Shown: positions 1 through 6,345 of the stretch, piece after piece
How positions within the stretch are numbered: the stretch's first letter is position 1
Layout of the letters: each line of letters opens with the position of its first letter
DNA from: Planctomycetota bacterium
Lineage (GTDB): Bacteria > Planctomycetota > Planctomycetia > Pirellulales > Pirellulaceae
Length of the DNA stretch: 64,000 nucleotides
Reading direction: 5' to 3'
Assembly (NCBI GenBank): GCA_014381825.1
Contig: JACNKX010000113.1
Span: 6,159-70,158, forward strand
Program-made: the position numbers and the translations under genes
Notes under the pieces: model-generated
What the model was told of the DNA's origin: nothing
Seen by the model: the letters and a program-made list of their open reading frames with translations, nothing else
Databases searched by the model: none

Positions 1-60
1 CGCGGCCACTTCACACAAAGATGGCAAGTCAAAGAAACACGCCGGCCTCGGAGTCACACC

Positions 61-963
61 ATGAAACCACTCACACTTCTGCTCCTAACGACTGTTGCTA
101 CGTGTACGTTCCTGTCTAACCTACGAGCCGAAGAGGACGGCAAGCTGCGGATCATCGCCTTCGGTGCGCATCCCGATGACTGTGAGTTCAAGATGGCGGG
201 AACGGCCGTCAAATGGGCGCAGCAAGGTCACCATGTCAAGTTAGTTTCGGTCACCAACGGAGACATCGGCCACTGGCGAATGGCGGGCGGACCGCTTGCA
301 AAGCGACGGACTGCGGAGGTTCATGAAGCAGCGAGGCGCATTGGCACAACGGCCGAAGTACTCGACATTCACGACGGCGAACTGCTACCAACGCTCGACA
401 ACCGCCAGAAGATCACGCGACTGATTCGCGAATGGAATGCCGACATCGTGATCGCGCATCGCCCGAACGACTATCATCCCGATCATCGCTACACGGGAAT
501 TTTGATCCAAGATTCAGCCTATATGGTCGCCGTTCCCTTCTTTTGCCCGGACGTTCCGCCACTGAAGAGCAATCCTGTCTTCATGTACTACTCAGACGGT
601 TTTCAAAAGCCGAATCCGTTTCATCCCGACGTGATTGTTGCGATTGATGATGTCTTCGAGAAGAAGATGGACGCCGTGGATGCGTTGGTCTCGCAAGTCT
701 ACGAAGGCGGAGCACTAGGTTCCGAAGAGACATTGCGCCAACGCCACGCCGACAATCCGATTGCCCGTCGCGAATGGGCCACCGCAAGCTGGCAGAGGCG
801 ACAAGGTAGAATCGCAGACAAGTATCGCGAAGCCTTGATCGAATGGTACGGCGATGAAGCTGGCAAAGCGGTCAAGTACGCTGAAGCATTCGAAGTCTGC
901 GAGTACGGACGCCGACCGACTCACGAAGAGTTGAAGAAATTGTTTCCGTTCTTTAGCGAATGA
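61..963 (+). CDS. PIG-L (LmbE-like) family deacetylase, probably secreted
   Basis: 300-aa ORF with ATG start and a hydrophobic N-terminal signal-like segment. 'GAHPDDCE' and 'HRPNDYHPDHR' motifs are typical of PIG-L/LmbE zinc deacetylases. Confidence 0.8.
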   Translation: MKPLTLLLLTTVATCTFLSNLRAEEDGKLRIIAFGAHPDDCEFKMAGTAVKWAQQGHHVKLVSVTNGDIGHWRMAGGPLAKRRTAEVHEAARRIGTTAEVLDIHDGELLPTLDNRQKITRLIREWNADIVIAHRPNDYHPDHRYTGILIQDSAYMVAVPFFCPDVPPLKSNPVFMYYSDGFQKPNPFHPDVIVAIDDVFEKKMDAVDALVSQVYEGGALGSEETLRQRHADNPIARREWATASWQRRQGRIADKYREALIEWYGDEAGKAVKYAEAFEVCEYGRRPTHEELKKLFPFFSE

Positions 964-1029
964 CGCAGCGCGGGCGACACAAAAGATAGGCCCTGGAACC
1001 AAATTACTCAGATTCCAGGGCCCCGTCGC

Positions 1030-2136
1030 TTACAACAAGTTCACGACTCGATCCGCCAAACCCTTCTCGCCAAGTACGACGTTCAGGTTGCCGGTCGATG
1101 CGATCTTTTCCAGAACCTCCAGCTCGCGCAATCGCATGAGCGTCGGGTTGCTGTCCAGGACCTTGGCCGTGTTGGCTTGACTGCGCATGGCAGCCGTTTC
1201 CTCACGACGCACGATCAAGTTGGCCTCGGCAGCCTTCTTGGCTTCCGTCACCTTGTTCATCAAGTCCTTCATGTCGCCCGGTAGGATCACATCGCGGATT
1301 CCGATCGAGACAACTTCCAGACCCAAATGCGTCGCGCGGTCGCGAACCATCTTCTCCAGCTCACGAGCCACTTCATCCTTGGCTGCCAAAAACGAATCCA
1401 GCTCGCTCGCACCGACAACAGCTCGCAATGCCAACTGCACATCGCGGTACAGCGCCTGTTGCGCGCCTTCGGACACCGTGACCGCTTGTCGAGCATCGAC
1501 GATGCGAAAGGTTACGACCGCGTTCATACGCAGCGTCACCTTGTCGGCCGTCATGATCTCTTGACCACCGACGTCCAACATCGTCTCACGCATATCGACC
1601 TCAACAACCTTGGCCACAGCAACGTCACGCCAGAACGCGTACAAGCCCGGCGACAGCGTGTCGATGTACTTGCCGTCCTGAAACAAGACGCCAACGTGTT
1701 CTCGCTCAATTCGGCAGATCTCAAGCAAGCGAGCCGCATGCGCCGATTTTGCCATCACCGAAAGCTCGGCGTGCTGGAAACGCACTTGGCGCGCGTCGAG
1801 AATCTCGACGCGCACGTCACGCGTGTTCTTCCAGTAGGCGTACAGACCAGGTGACAGAACGACGCTGAATCGACCATCGATCCAGACCAATGCTCGCTCG
1901 TGATCCTTCAGGTCAAGCACCTCTGCGCGCTCGGCGAGCGCACCTGACTTGACGATCGTGTCGAGCTTGTCGTGAACCAACCACGGGTCACGCTGCGAAA
2001 CGATGCGCACTCGCACCTTGTACAGCGGATCGAACAACCAGTGTCGGCCTTCCGTTAGCAAGCCCTTGAACTCTCGGTCGCGGAACAGCAGACCGATCTC
2101 GTCGCTGCGGATCTTGATTCGCCTAAATAGGATCAT
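1030..2136 (-). CDS. SPFH/band-7 (slipin-like) family protein
   Basis: The long ORF has SPFH-type sequence ('IRDVILPGDMKDLMNKVTEAKKAAEANLI'). I moved the start to the ATG at 2136 ('MILFRR') because GGAGG lies 5 nt upstream. The track's longer 5' extension runs into a palindromic repeat. Confidence 0.8.
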   Translation of the reverse strand: MILFRRIKIRSDEIGLLFRDREFKGLLTEGRHWLFDPLYKVRVRIVSQRDPWLVHDKLDTIVKSGALAERAEVLDLKDHERALVWIDGRFSVVLSPGLYAYWKNTRDVRVEILDARQVRFQHAELSVMAKSAHAARLLEICRIEREHVGVLFQDGKYIDTLSPGLYAFWRDVAVAKVVEVDMRETMLDVGGQEIMTADKVTLRMNAVVTFRIVDARQAVTVSEGAQQALYRDVQLALRAVVGASELDSFLAAKDEVARELEKMVRDRATHLGLEVVSIGIRDVILPGDMKDLMNKVTEAKKAAEANLIVRREETAAMRSQANTAKVLDSNPTLMRLRELEVLEKIASTGNLNVVLGEKGLADRVVNLL

Positions 2137-2149
2137 CTTCTCCTCCAAA

Positions 2150-2310
2150 GTAGCCATCACTCTCCGAGTGATGAGCGCTGTAAATTGTCGTTCTAAAACT
2201 CTAAGTCGTTTCGATCTCGAAGCTGCTCTACGCGTCATCGTTTGCCGTAACAATCAACCGTTGTTTGTCCTCAACTCGAACGGGCTCATCACTCGGAGAG
2301 CGATGGCTAC
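2150..2310. repeat. Paired palindromic repeat, copy 1 (arms 2150-2178 and 2282-2310, inverted, ~103-bp spacer)
   Basis: Arm consensus is GTAGCCATCACTCTCCGAGTGATGAGC. It contains an 8-bp stem (CATCACTC/GAGTGATG) with a 3-nt loop. The second arm is the reverse complement of the first. Confidence 0.85.
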
Positions 2311-2691
2311 GACGCCTTCGGCCGGCGAAACGTACTTCGAGTCACGTTTGTGAACGCGGAGTGTCGCTTGAGTGATTGATTTGCTTTGCAGGCTGGTACG
2401 TGATCAATGCGTTTGTTGACAAGCCAAACTCATCAATCCTCACATCTCCCAATCGCATCGTCCTACAAAACTCATCCAACACCGCTACGCACTACAAGGC
2501 TTTCGCTTACGCTGCTGCGATTTGACTCTCGCGGACAGTCGCTCGATGTCTTACACCAGCCAATTGGCCGATGATCAAATCACCTCACGTCGCCGGAGCT
2601 GGCAAACAGCAGCCGACTCATCAATACGCTCGCCGTCCTCCAGCTTCCTGTTGCGTTTTCCAACGCTGGTCGGAGACAGGTTTTGAGCCTG

Positions 2692-2764
2692 TTTTTGGTA
2701 CGGGAATCGAACCCGTGACAGCCAGATTAGTGGTCTGGTGCTCTAACCTCTGAGCTAACCGTGG
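2692..2764 (-). pseudogene. tRNA-like unit at the distal end of the array (possible pseudogene)
   Basis: The minus strand shows a good D arm (GCTC-AGAGGTTA-GAGC), anticodon arm (CCAGA-CCACTAA-TCTGG) and T arm (ACGGG-TTCGATT-CCCGT). Only 3 of 7 acceptor pairs form (CCACGGT vs ACCAAAA), and the loop has C at position 33. Confidence 0.4.
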
Positions 2765-2888
2765 TGGATCACAATGCCTTTGTCATAATCATCACAGAAC
2801 ACACATCACCAACTGGTCAATCGCGACACGCGGCGAATGAGCTGCTAGTCCCAGCACTTCTAACCCTTGCTTAAAACTTCATACAAAG

Positions 2889-2960
2889 AGACGCCGGTGG
2901 GAGTCGAACCCACTTGAAGCTGCTTTGCAGGCAGCCGCCTTACCGTCTGGCTCCAGCGTC
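2889..2960 (-). tRNA. tRNA-Cys (GCA)
   Basis: 72-nt cloverleaf folded by eye. Acceptor is GACGCTG/CGGCGTC, anticodon arm GCTGC-CTGCAAA-GCAGC, T arm GTGGG-TTCGACT-CCCAC, discriminator U. No CCA is encoded. Confidence 0.8.
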
Positions 2961-3018
2961 ATACGAAGGATGAACAGAATGTTTCAGCCTTCCACCTTCA
3001 TACTTCAACCTTCTCCAG

Positions 3019-3090
3019 CACCCCACCGAGGAATCGAACCCCGTCTGACAGATTCGAAGTCTGCCGTGCCGTCCATCACACTCGTAGGGC
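3019..3090 (-). tRNA. tRNA-Arg (TCG)
   Basis: 72-nt cloverleaf. Anticodon arm is GCAGA-CTTCGAA-TCTGT and T arm CGGGG-TTCGATT-CCTCG. The acceptor GCCCTAC/GTGGGGT has G-U pairs. Confidence 0.7.
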
Positions 3091-3094
3091 AAAA

Positions 3095-3180
3095 TGGCGG
3101 AGTGACTAGAGCCGAGTGACTAGAGCCGGAGCATGCTTCCGGCTCTTGACGCTTCCCACTCGACTCTCGACCTTCAAAAG
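3095..3180 (-). other. Structured ~86-nt spacer with a 14-bp tandem duplication; not foldable as a tRNA
   Basis: 'gagtgactagagcc' occurs twice in tandem (3100-3127). A near-perfect hairpin AGAGCCGGAGC-AT-GCTTCCGGCTCT follows at 3121-3146. An outer ~10-bp pairing is also possible (GAGTCGAGTG/CACTCGGCTC on the minus strand). The unit ends in ...CTCCGCCA, but no T-loop or matching 5' acceptor exists. Confidence 0.5.
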
Positions 3181-3250
3181 CAGGAGTGCAAGGATTCGAA
3201 CCCTGTCTGGCAGTTTTGGAGGCTGCCTGCTCTCCCAGGAGCACACTCCT
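3181..3250 (-). tRNA. tRNA-Trp (CCA)
   Basis: Acceptor AGGAGTG/CACTCCT is perfect. Anticodon loop is CTCCAAA, T arm CAGGG-TTCGAAT-CCTTG, discriminator G. The D region is slightly short, giving 70 nt. Confidence 0.7.
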
Positions 3251-3324
3251 ATAAGGAAGGAGGAAGTGAGACGGCTGAAGGGTGAATTACCATTCTGCCA
3301 TTCTCATCCTTCATCCTTCCGACT

Positions 3325-3918
3325 TCATCCTTTCAGCTCCGCGTTCCAGTACGCTTCGCTGAGAAACTTCGTCCAACTTTTGATCGGTACGCTGTCTGTT
3401 GCGTATACCGGCTTCCAAGTCGGACGTACCGGTTGCTTCCGCAGCCGGATGCGTGCTTGCTCGGGCGTGCGATCCGCCTTGCGGTGGTTGCACGCTAGAC
3501 ACGCCAGCACACAGTTGTCCCACGTCGACTGGCCGCCGTGGGCTCGCGGAACTACGTGATCAATCGTCAACTCGTCCGTGCCCGGTTGCACTCCACAGTA
3601 CACACACGTGAACTTGTCACGCTTGAAAATGTTCCGGCGGCTGAAGGCGACTTGCGCCGACGGCACCGCGTCATATTCCGTCAGCGTCACAACTTCCGGA
3701 ACACGAATCTGTCGCGATACGCCTTGGACGAACGCGTCGTCATCCGTCGGACGAAGTTGCGCCCAATCGCCCCAGTCGTACGTCTGGTAGTCACGCGGGT
3801 CGACCGCACGAGCCGTACCGCGATACAACTTGACCAAAGCGCGTGCTACCGTCGCGATGTGGACAGCTTGCCAGTTGCGGTTCAGCACCAGCGTCGGGCG
3901 TTGCAATACGTGCGTCAT
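3325..3918 (-). CDS. HNH endonuclease
   Basis: 197-aa ORF with ATG start and AAGGAG upstream. It has a Cys pair 'CVYCG', 'LTIDHVVPRAHGG' and 'NCVLACLACNHRK', the ββα-Me HNH signature. It lies on the same strand as the tRNA array and inside it. Confidence 0.85.
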   Translation of the reverse strand: MTHVLQRPTLVLNRNWQAVHIATVARALVKLYRGTARAVDPRDYQTYDWGDWAQLRPTDDDAFVQGVSRQIRVPEVVTLTEYDAVPSAQVAFSRRNIFKRDKFTCVYCGVQPGTDELTIDHVVPRAHGGQSTWDNCVLACLACNHRKADRTPEQARIRLRKQPVRPTWKPVYATDSVPIKSWTKFLSEAYWNAELKG

Positions 3919-3980
3919 GGCCTTTGCGTTCCGCTCCTTTACTTGGTCATTGTGATTTGGAAATTGGAATTTACATTAAG

Positions 3981-4055
3981 GGTGTCCGGGGGGAGTTGAA
4001 CCCACCACCTCGACTTTCACAAAGTCGCGTGCGAAGCCGCTACACTACGAACACC
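3981..4055 (-). tRNA. tRNA-His (GTG)
   Basis: Anticodon arm is CGACT-TTGTGAA-AGTCG. An encoded extra 5' G(-1) pairs with C73, the bacterial tRNA-His hallmark. T loop is TTCAACT. Confidence 0.8.
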
Positions 4056-4144
4056 ATATTGAACATCGAACGCTGGACGTCGAACTTCCAACATCGAAGT
4101 AATTCAGCATTCGACGTTGGAAGTTCGATGTTCAACGTTCACAG

Positions 4145-4217
4145 CGCCCCGACCAGGATTCGAACCCGGAACTTCTCGTTAGAAGCGAGAGATGATTATC
4201 CATTTCACCATCGAGGC
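4145..4217 (-). tRNA. tRNA-Arg (TCT)
   Basis: 73-nt cloverleaf. Acceptor is GCCTCGA/TCGGGGC, anticodon arm TCTCG-CTTCTAA-CGAGA, T arm CCGGG-TTCGAAT-CCTGG. Confidence 0.8.
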
Positions 4218-4278
4218 ATCTTCGTGGCGACGAGCATCTTGCTTGTCGATTCGCAAGCTGGAAGCTTACGCCACATAG

Positions 4279-4364
4279 CGGAAGGCATGGGATTCGAACC
4301 CACATCTCCTGACGGAGGCACTCATTAGCAGTGAGGCCCGGCGAACCGTATCCGGCTACCTTCC
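4279..4364 (-). tRNA. tRNA-Ser (GCT), class II
   Basis: 86 nt with anticodon loop CTGCTAA and a long variable arm (GCCTCCGTCAGGAGAT). T arm is GTGGG-TTCGAAT-CCCAT, acceptor GGAAGGT/GCCTTCC, discriminator G. Confidence 0.8.
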
Positions 4365-4438
4365 GAGTTTGGAGAAGTCAGAGTTCGGTAGTCAGATTCT
4401 GTTGCTGACCGCTGACTCCTGACTTCTTTTCTTCAAGT

Positions 4439-4505
4439 GGCGGGCATGGGGGTCGCACCCATCCGTCCAGGCTTATGAGGCCCGGTTGAGCACTGGCTCG
4501 CCCGC
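4439..4505 (-). tRNA. Atypical short tRNA-like gene with CAT anticodon (Met/Ile2-type; function uncertain)
   Basis: Acceptor GCGGGCG/TGCCCGC and anticodon arm CGGGC-CTCATAA-GCCTG are good. The unit is only 67 nt, with a truncated D region and a non-canonical T loop (ATGGG-TGCGACC-CCCAT). Confidence 0.45.
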
Positions 4506-4588
4506 GATGTTTCTTGAGAGGTCAGGGATCAGAAGTCAGATTCTCTAACTGACCTCTGACTTCCGATCTCTGACGTCTTTCTTCCCAG

Positions 4589-4661
4589 TGGCGCGGACGG
4601 GAATCGAACCCGCGTCGGCGAGATTGAAAGTCTCGCTGCAAAACCAACATCGCACCGCGTC
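4589..4661 (-). tRNA. tRNA-Glu (TTC)
   Basis: 73 nt with anticodon arm CGAGA-CTTTCAA-TCTCG and T arm GCGGG-TTCGATT-CCCGT. The acceptor GACGCGG/CCGCGCC has one A-C mismatch. Confidence 0.7.
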
Positions 4662-4681
4662 AAATGTTTTCAGCATCACAG

Positions 4682-4766
4682 TGGGTTGTGAAGGAATCGA
4701 ACCTCTCGTCGCCACCTCACAGTTTTCTGACAACGGGGCTACAACCCGCCGCGAGGAGCACAACCC
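4682..4766 (-). pseudogene. Degenerate tRNA-like unit with a duplicated 5' acceptor segment
   Basis: T arm (AGAGG-TTCGATT-CCTTC) and 3' acceptor ACAACCC are present. The complementary GGGTTGT occurs twice (4741-4747 and 4760-4766). Neither the 66-nt nor the 85-nt version gives a normal D arm. CAG or GTA anticodon loops are both only weakly supported. Confidence 0.35.
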
Positions 4767-4807
4767 GTTGGCACATGACCAAATGCGAATGGCCAGTGAT
4801 CAACAAG

Positions 4808-4887
4808 TAGCACGGGTGGGAGTCGAACCCACAAACAACATCACGAAGGTTTGAACTTCGTCGCTTTGCCAGTTTGCGTACCGCGCC
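4808..4887 (-). tRNA. tRNA-Leu (CAA)
   Basis: 80 nt with acceptor GGCGCGG/CCGTGCT (two G-U pairs) and D arm CGC-AAACTGGCAAA-GCG. Anticodon arm is CGAAG-TTCAAAC-CTTCG, the variable region is 11 nt, and the T arm is GTGGG-TTCGACT-CCCAC. Discriminator is A. Confidence 0.75.
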
Positions 4888-4974
4888 GAATTTGAAGGTT
4901 GAAGGAGGAAGGCAGAAGGAAGAAACGCCTCTATCATTCATCCTTCTAACTTCAAACTTCTTCCTTCTCAGAAG

Positions 4975-5049
4975 CGTCCCCGGTGGGATTTGAACCCACG
5001 ACCTCCACCGTGACAGGGTGGCGAGCACTCCAGACTGCTCTACGAGGAC
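4975..5049 (-). tRNA. tRNA-Asp (GTC)
   Basis: 75 nt with acceptor GTCCTCG/CGGGGAC and D arm GAGC-AGTCTGGAGT-GCTC. Anticodon arm is CCACC-CTGTCAC-GGTGG, T arm GTGGG-TTCAAAT-CCCAC, discriminator G. Confidence 0.85.
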
Positions 5050-5130
5050 AGGAACGAAGGTGGAAGGATGAGGGATGAAATTGATTGGGCTTCTTCATCC
5101 TTCGGCCTTCATACTTCATCCCTCAATGAG

Positions 5131-5204
5131 TAGCTCGAGTGGGATTCGAACCCACAGCATCTCTGGTTCTAAGCCAAAGTGGTCTGCCAATTGCCTACCG
5201 AGCC
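5131..5204 (-). tRNA. tRNA with TAG anticodon (Leu by anticodon) but a short variable region
   Basis: 74 nt with acceptor GGCTCGG/TCGAGCT and a Leu-like D loop 'AATTGGCAGA'. Anticodon arm is TTTGG-CTTAGAA-CCAGA, and only ~5-6 nt separate it from the T arm GTGGG-TTCGAAT-CCCAC. Discriminator is A. Confidence 0.65.
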
Positions 5205-5218
5205 GTATATGCCGTCAG

Positions 5219-5293
5219 TGCCCAGAGCAGGAGTCGAACCTGCAATCATCTGGGTTTAAGCCAGACCGCTCTGCCGGGTTGGCGTACCTGGGC
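5219..5293 (-). tRNA. tRNA with TAA anticodon (Leu by anticodon) but a short variable region
   Basis: 75 nt with acceptor GCCCAGG/TCTGGGC and a D loop containing 'CCCGGCAGA'. Anticodon arm is TCTGG-CTTAAAC-CCAGA, the variable region is 5 nt (TGATT), and the T arm is GCAGG-TTCGACT-CCTGC. Discriminator is A. Confidence 0.65.
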
Positions 5294-5370
5294 ATCCGTC
5301 GCCATCACACTCCGAAGGACGAGCACCTGTCGTTAAGGGCTCGTCTCTTGGAAAGTGACGGCTACTTAAG

Positions 5371-5443
5371 TAGTCCTGGAGGGACTCGAACCCCCGATCG
5401 TCTCCTTGTAAGAGAGCTGCCGTTGCCGCTGGGCCACAGGACT
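5371..5443 (-). tRNA. tRNA-Val (TAC)
   Basis: 73 nt with a perfect acceptor AGTCCTG/CAGGACT, anticodon loop CTTACAA, T arm GGGGG-TTCGAGT-CCCTC and discriminator A. Confidence 0.75.
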
Positions 5444-5527
5444 GAAATAGTTTTCAGTTGATAGTGTTCAGTATTCAGTCAGCTTGTACTGAACACTGAA
5501 AACTCGAAACTGAACACTTACTTCAAG

Positions 5528-5612
5528 CGGAAGCCGTGAGACTCGAACTCACAAGCGGTTGTTGCCGCCACCTGTTTTCAAGACAGGGCCCTCATCCAGC
5601 CGGATGACTTCC
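5528..5612 (-). tRNA. tRNA-Ser (TGA), class II
   Basis: 85 nt with anticodon arm CCTGT-CTTGAAA-ACAGG and a long variable arm TGGCGGCAACAACCGCTT. T arm is GTGAG-TTCGAGT-CTCAC, acceptor GGAAGTC/GGCTTCC, discriminator G. Confidence 0.8.
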
Positions 5613-5694
5613 GTATGTCGTCATGGCACACCACGACGCACGCTCCTCTCAGTTCGTTAAGAGTCCACCTAACGGAGTGAGGCGACTACACTAG

Positions 5695-5766
5695 CTCGGG
5701 GAGAAGGACTCGAACCTTCACCTCCTGCTTCAAAGGCAGGCCGCCTAGCCATTAGCAGATCCCCGA
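5695..5766 (-). tRNA. tRNA-Gln (TTG)
   Basis: 72 nt with acceptor TCGGGGA/TCCCCGA (U1-A72, as in bacterial tRNA-Gln). Anticodon arm is CCTGC-CTTTGAA-GCAGG, T arm GAAGG-TTCGAGT-CCTTC, discriminator G. Confidence 0.8.
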
Positions 5767-5774
5767 TCGAAGAG

Positions 5775-5846
5775 AGTGCCCTGCGGGAGTCGAACCCGCC
5801 TCGCCAGGTTGGAAGCCTGGAACCTTTGCCGCTCGGCCAAGGGCAC
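5775..5846 (-). tRNA. tRNA-Gly (TCC)
   Basis: 72 nt with a perfect acceptor GTGCCCT/AGGGCAC. Anticodon arm is CCAGG-CTTCCAA-CCTGG, T arm GCGGG-TTCGACT-CCCGC, discriminator U. Confidence 0.8.
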
Positions 5847-5860
5847 ATTTCAATAACAAG

Positions 5861-5932
5861 CTGCGGTGGAAGGACTCGAACCTTCAATCGTTGGCTTAAC
5901 AGGCCACCGCCTTACCGTTTGGCCACACCGCA
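5861..5932 (-). tRNA. tRNA-Asn (GTT)
   Basis: 72 nt with acceptor TGCGGTG/CACCGCA, anticodon loop CTGTTAA, T arm GAAGG-TTCGAGT-CCTTC and discriminator G. Confidence 0.8.
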
Positions 5933-5945
5933 GTAGATGAATCAG

Positions 5946-6019
5946 TCACGATGGTCGGATTTGAACCGACGGTCCCCAGTTCCCGAAACTGGTGCGATGC
6001 CAGACTTCGCCACATCGTG
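5946..6019 (-). tRNA. tRNA-Pro (CGG)
   Basis: 74 nt with acceptor CACGATG/CATCGTG. Anticodon arm is CCAGT-TTCGGGA-ACTGG with G37, T arm GTCGG-TTCAAAT-CCGAC, discriminator A. Confidence 0.8.
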
Positions 6020-6026
6020 AGACCAG

Positions 6027-6116
6027 AGCGCCCAGCGGGAGTTGAACCCGCACTTCCGCCATGGCAAGGCAGTAGGCTACCGCCGACCAACCTTCGGTCG
6101 GTGCCCGCATGGGCGT
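6027..6116 (-). tRNA. tRNA-Gly (GCC)-like, 90 nt, with an extra 19-nt hairpin in the D-loop region
   Basis: Anticodon arm CTGCC-TTGCCAT-GGCGG, T arm GCGGG-TTCAACT-CCCGC and discriminator U are Gly-like. The acceptor ACGCCCA/TGGGCGC has an A1-C72 mismatch. The D region contains a perfect hairpin CCGACC-GAAGGTT-GGTCGG (6083-6101). Confidence 0.5.
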
Positions 6117-6148
6117 TTGGTGCTGAACCGAATTGTCAAAGATCAGAA

Positions 6149-6266
6149 TAGCCATCACTCTCCGAGTGATGAGCCCACCCCCCAATCGCTCGGCTGCCAA
6201 TGAAGTCGGCTTGCAATTTAGCCATTAGCACTTCAACGGGCTGATCACTCGGAGCGTGATTGCTAC
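6149..6266. repeat. Paired palindromic repeat, copy 2 (arms 6149-6174 and 6238-6266), inside the tRNA array
   Basis: Same consensus as copy 1: 'tagccatcactctccgagtgatgagc' and, inverted, 'gggctgatcactcggagcgtgattgctac'. The second arm is more diverged. Confidence 0.8.
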
Positions 6267-6273
6267 TTTCAAG

Positions 6274-6345
6274 AGCACCGGGTGGGACTCGAACCCACGT
6301 AACCGCTTTACGGGAGCGGTGTCTTGGCCGCTAGACGACCAGTGC
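6274..6345 (-). tRNA. tRNA with CGT anticodon (Thr by anticodon), atypical C32/C33 loop, Glu-like body
   Basis: 72 nt with acceptor GCACTGG/CCGGTGC and D arm GTC-TAGCGGCCAA-GAC. Anticodon arm is CCGCT-CCCGTAA-AGCGG, T arm GTGGG-TTCGAGT-CCCAC, discriminator U. Position 33 is C rather than the near-universal U. Confidence 0.6.

Noticed and set aside
2137-2253. The N-terminal extension of the SPFH ORF (track start 2253).
   Set aside because: The extension is translated from the palindromic repeat ('ITRRVMATLEE'). A strong GGAGG-ATG start lies at 2136.
3095-3180. Possible tRNA-Ser or tRNA-Sec, suggested by the ...CTCCGCCA 3' end, the long hairpin and a CTTCAAA heptamer.
   Set aside because: There is no T-loop consensus and no 5' segment complementary to the putative acceptor. 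CTTCAAA is on the opposite strand and on the wrong side of the hairpin for a Sec tRNA.
5613-5694. The 82-nt gap between tRNA-Ser(TGA) and tRNA-Gln as a possible additional tRNA.
   Set aside because: It has no GTTCRANYC-type T-loop, and no acceptor complementarity could be found. It holds only a short hairpin (CGTCATGG/CCACGACG).
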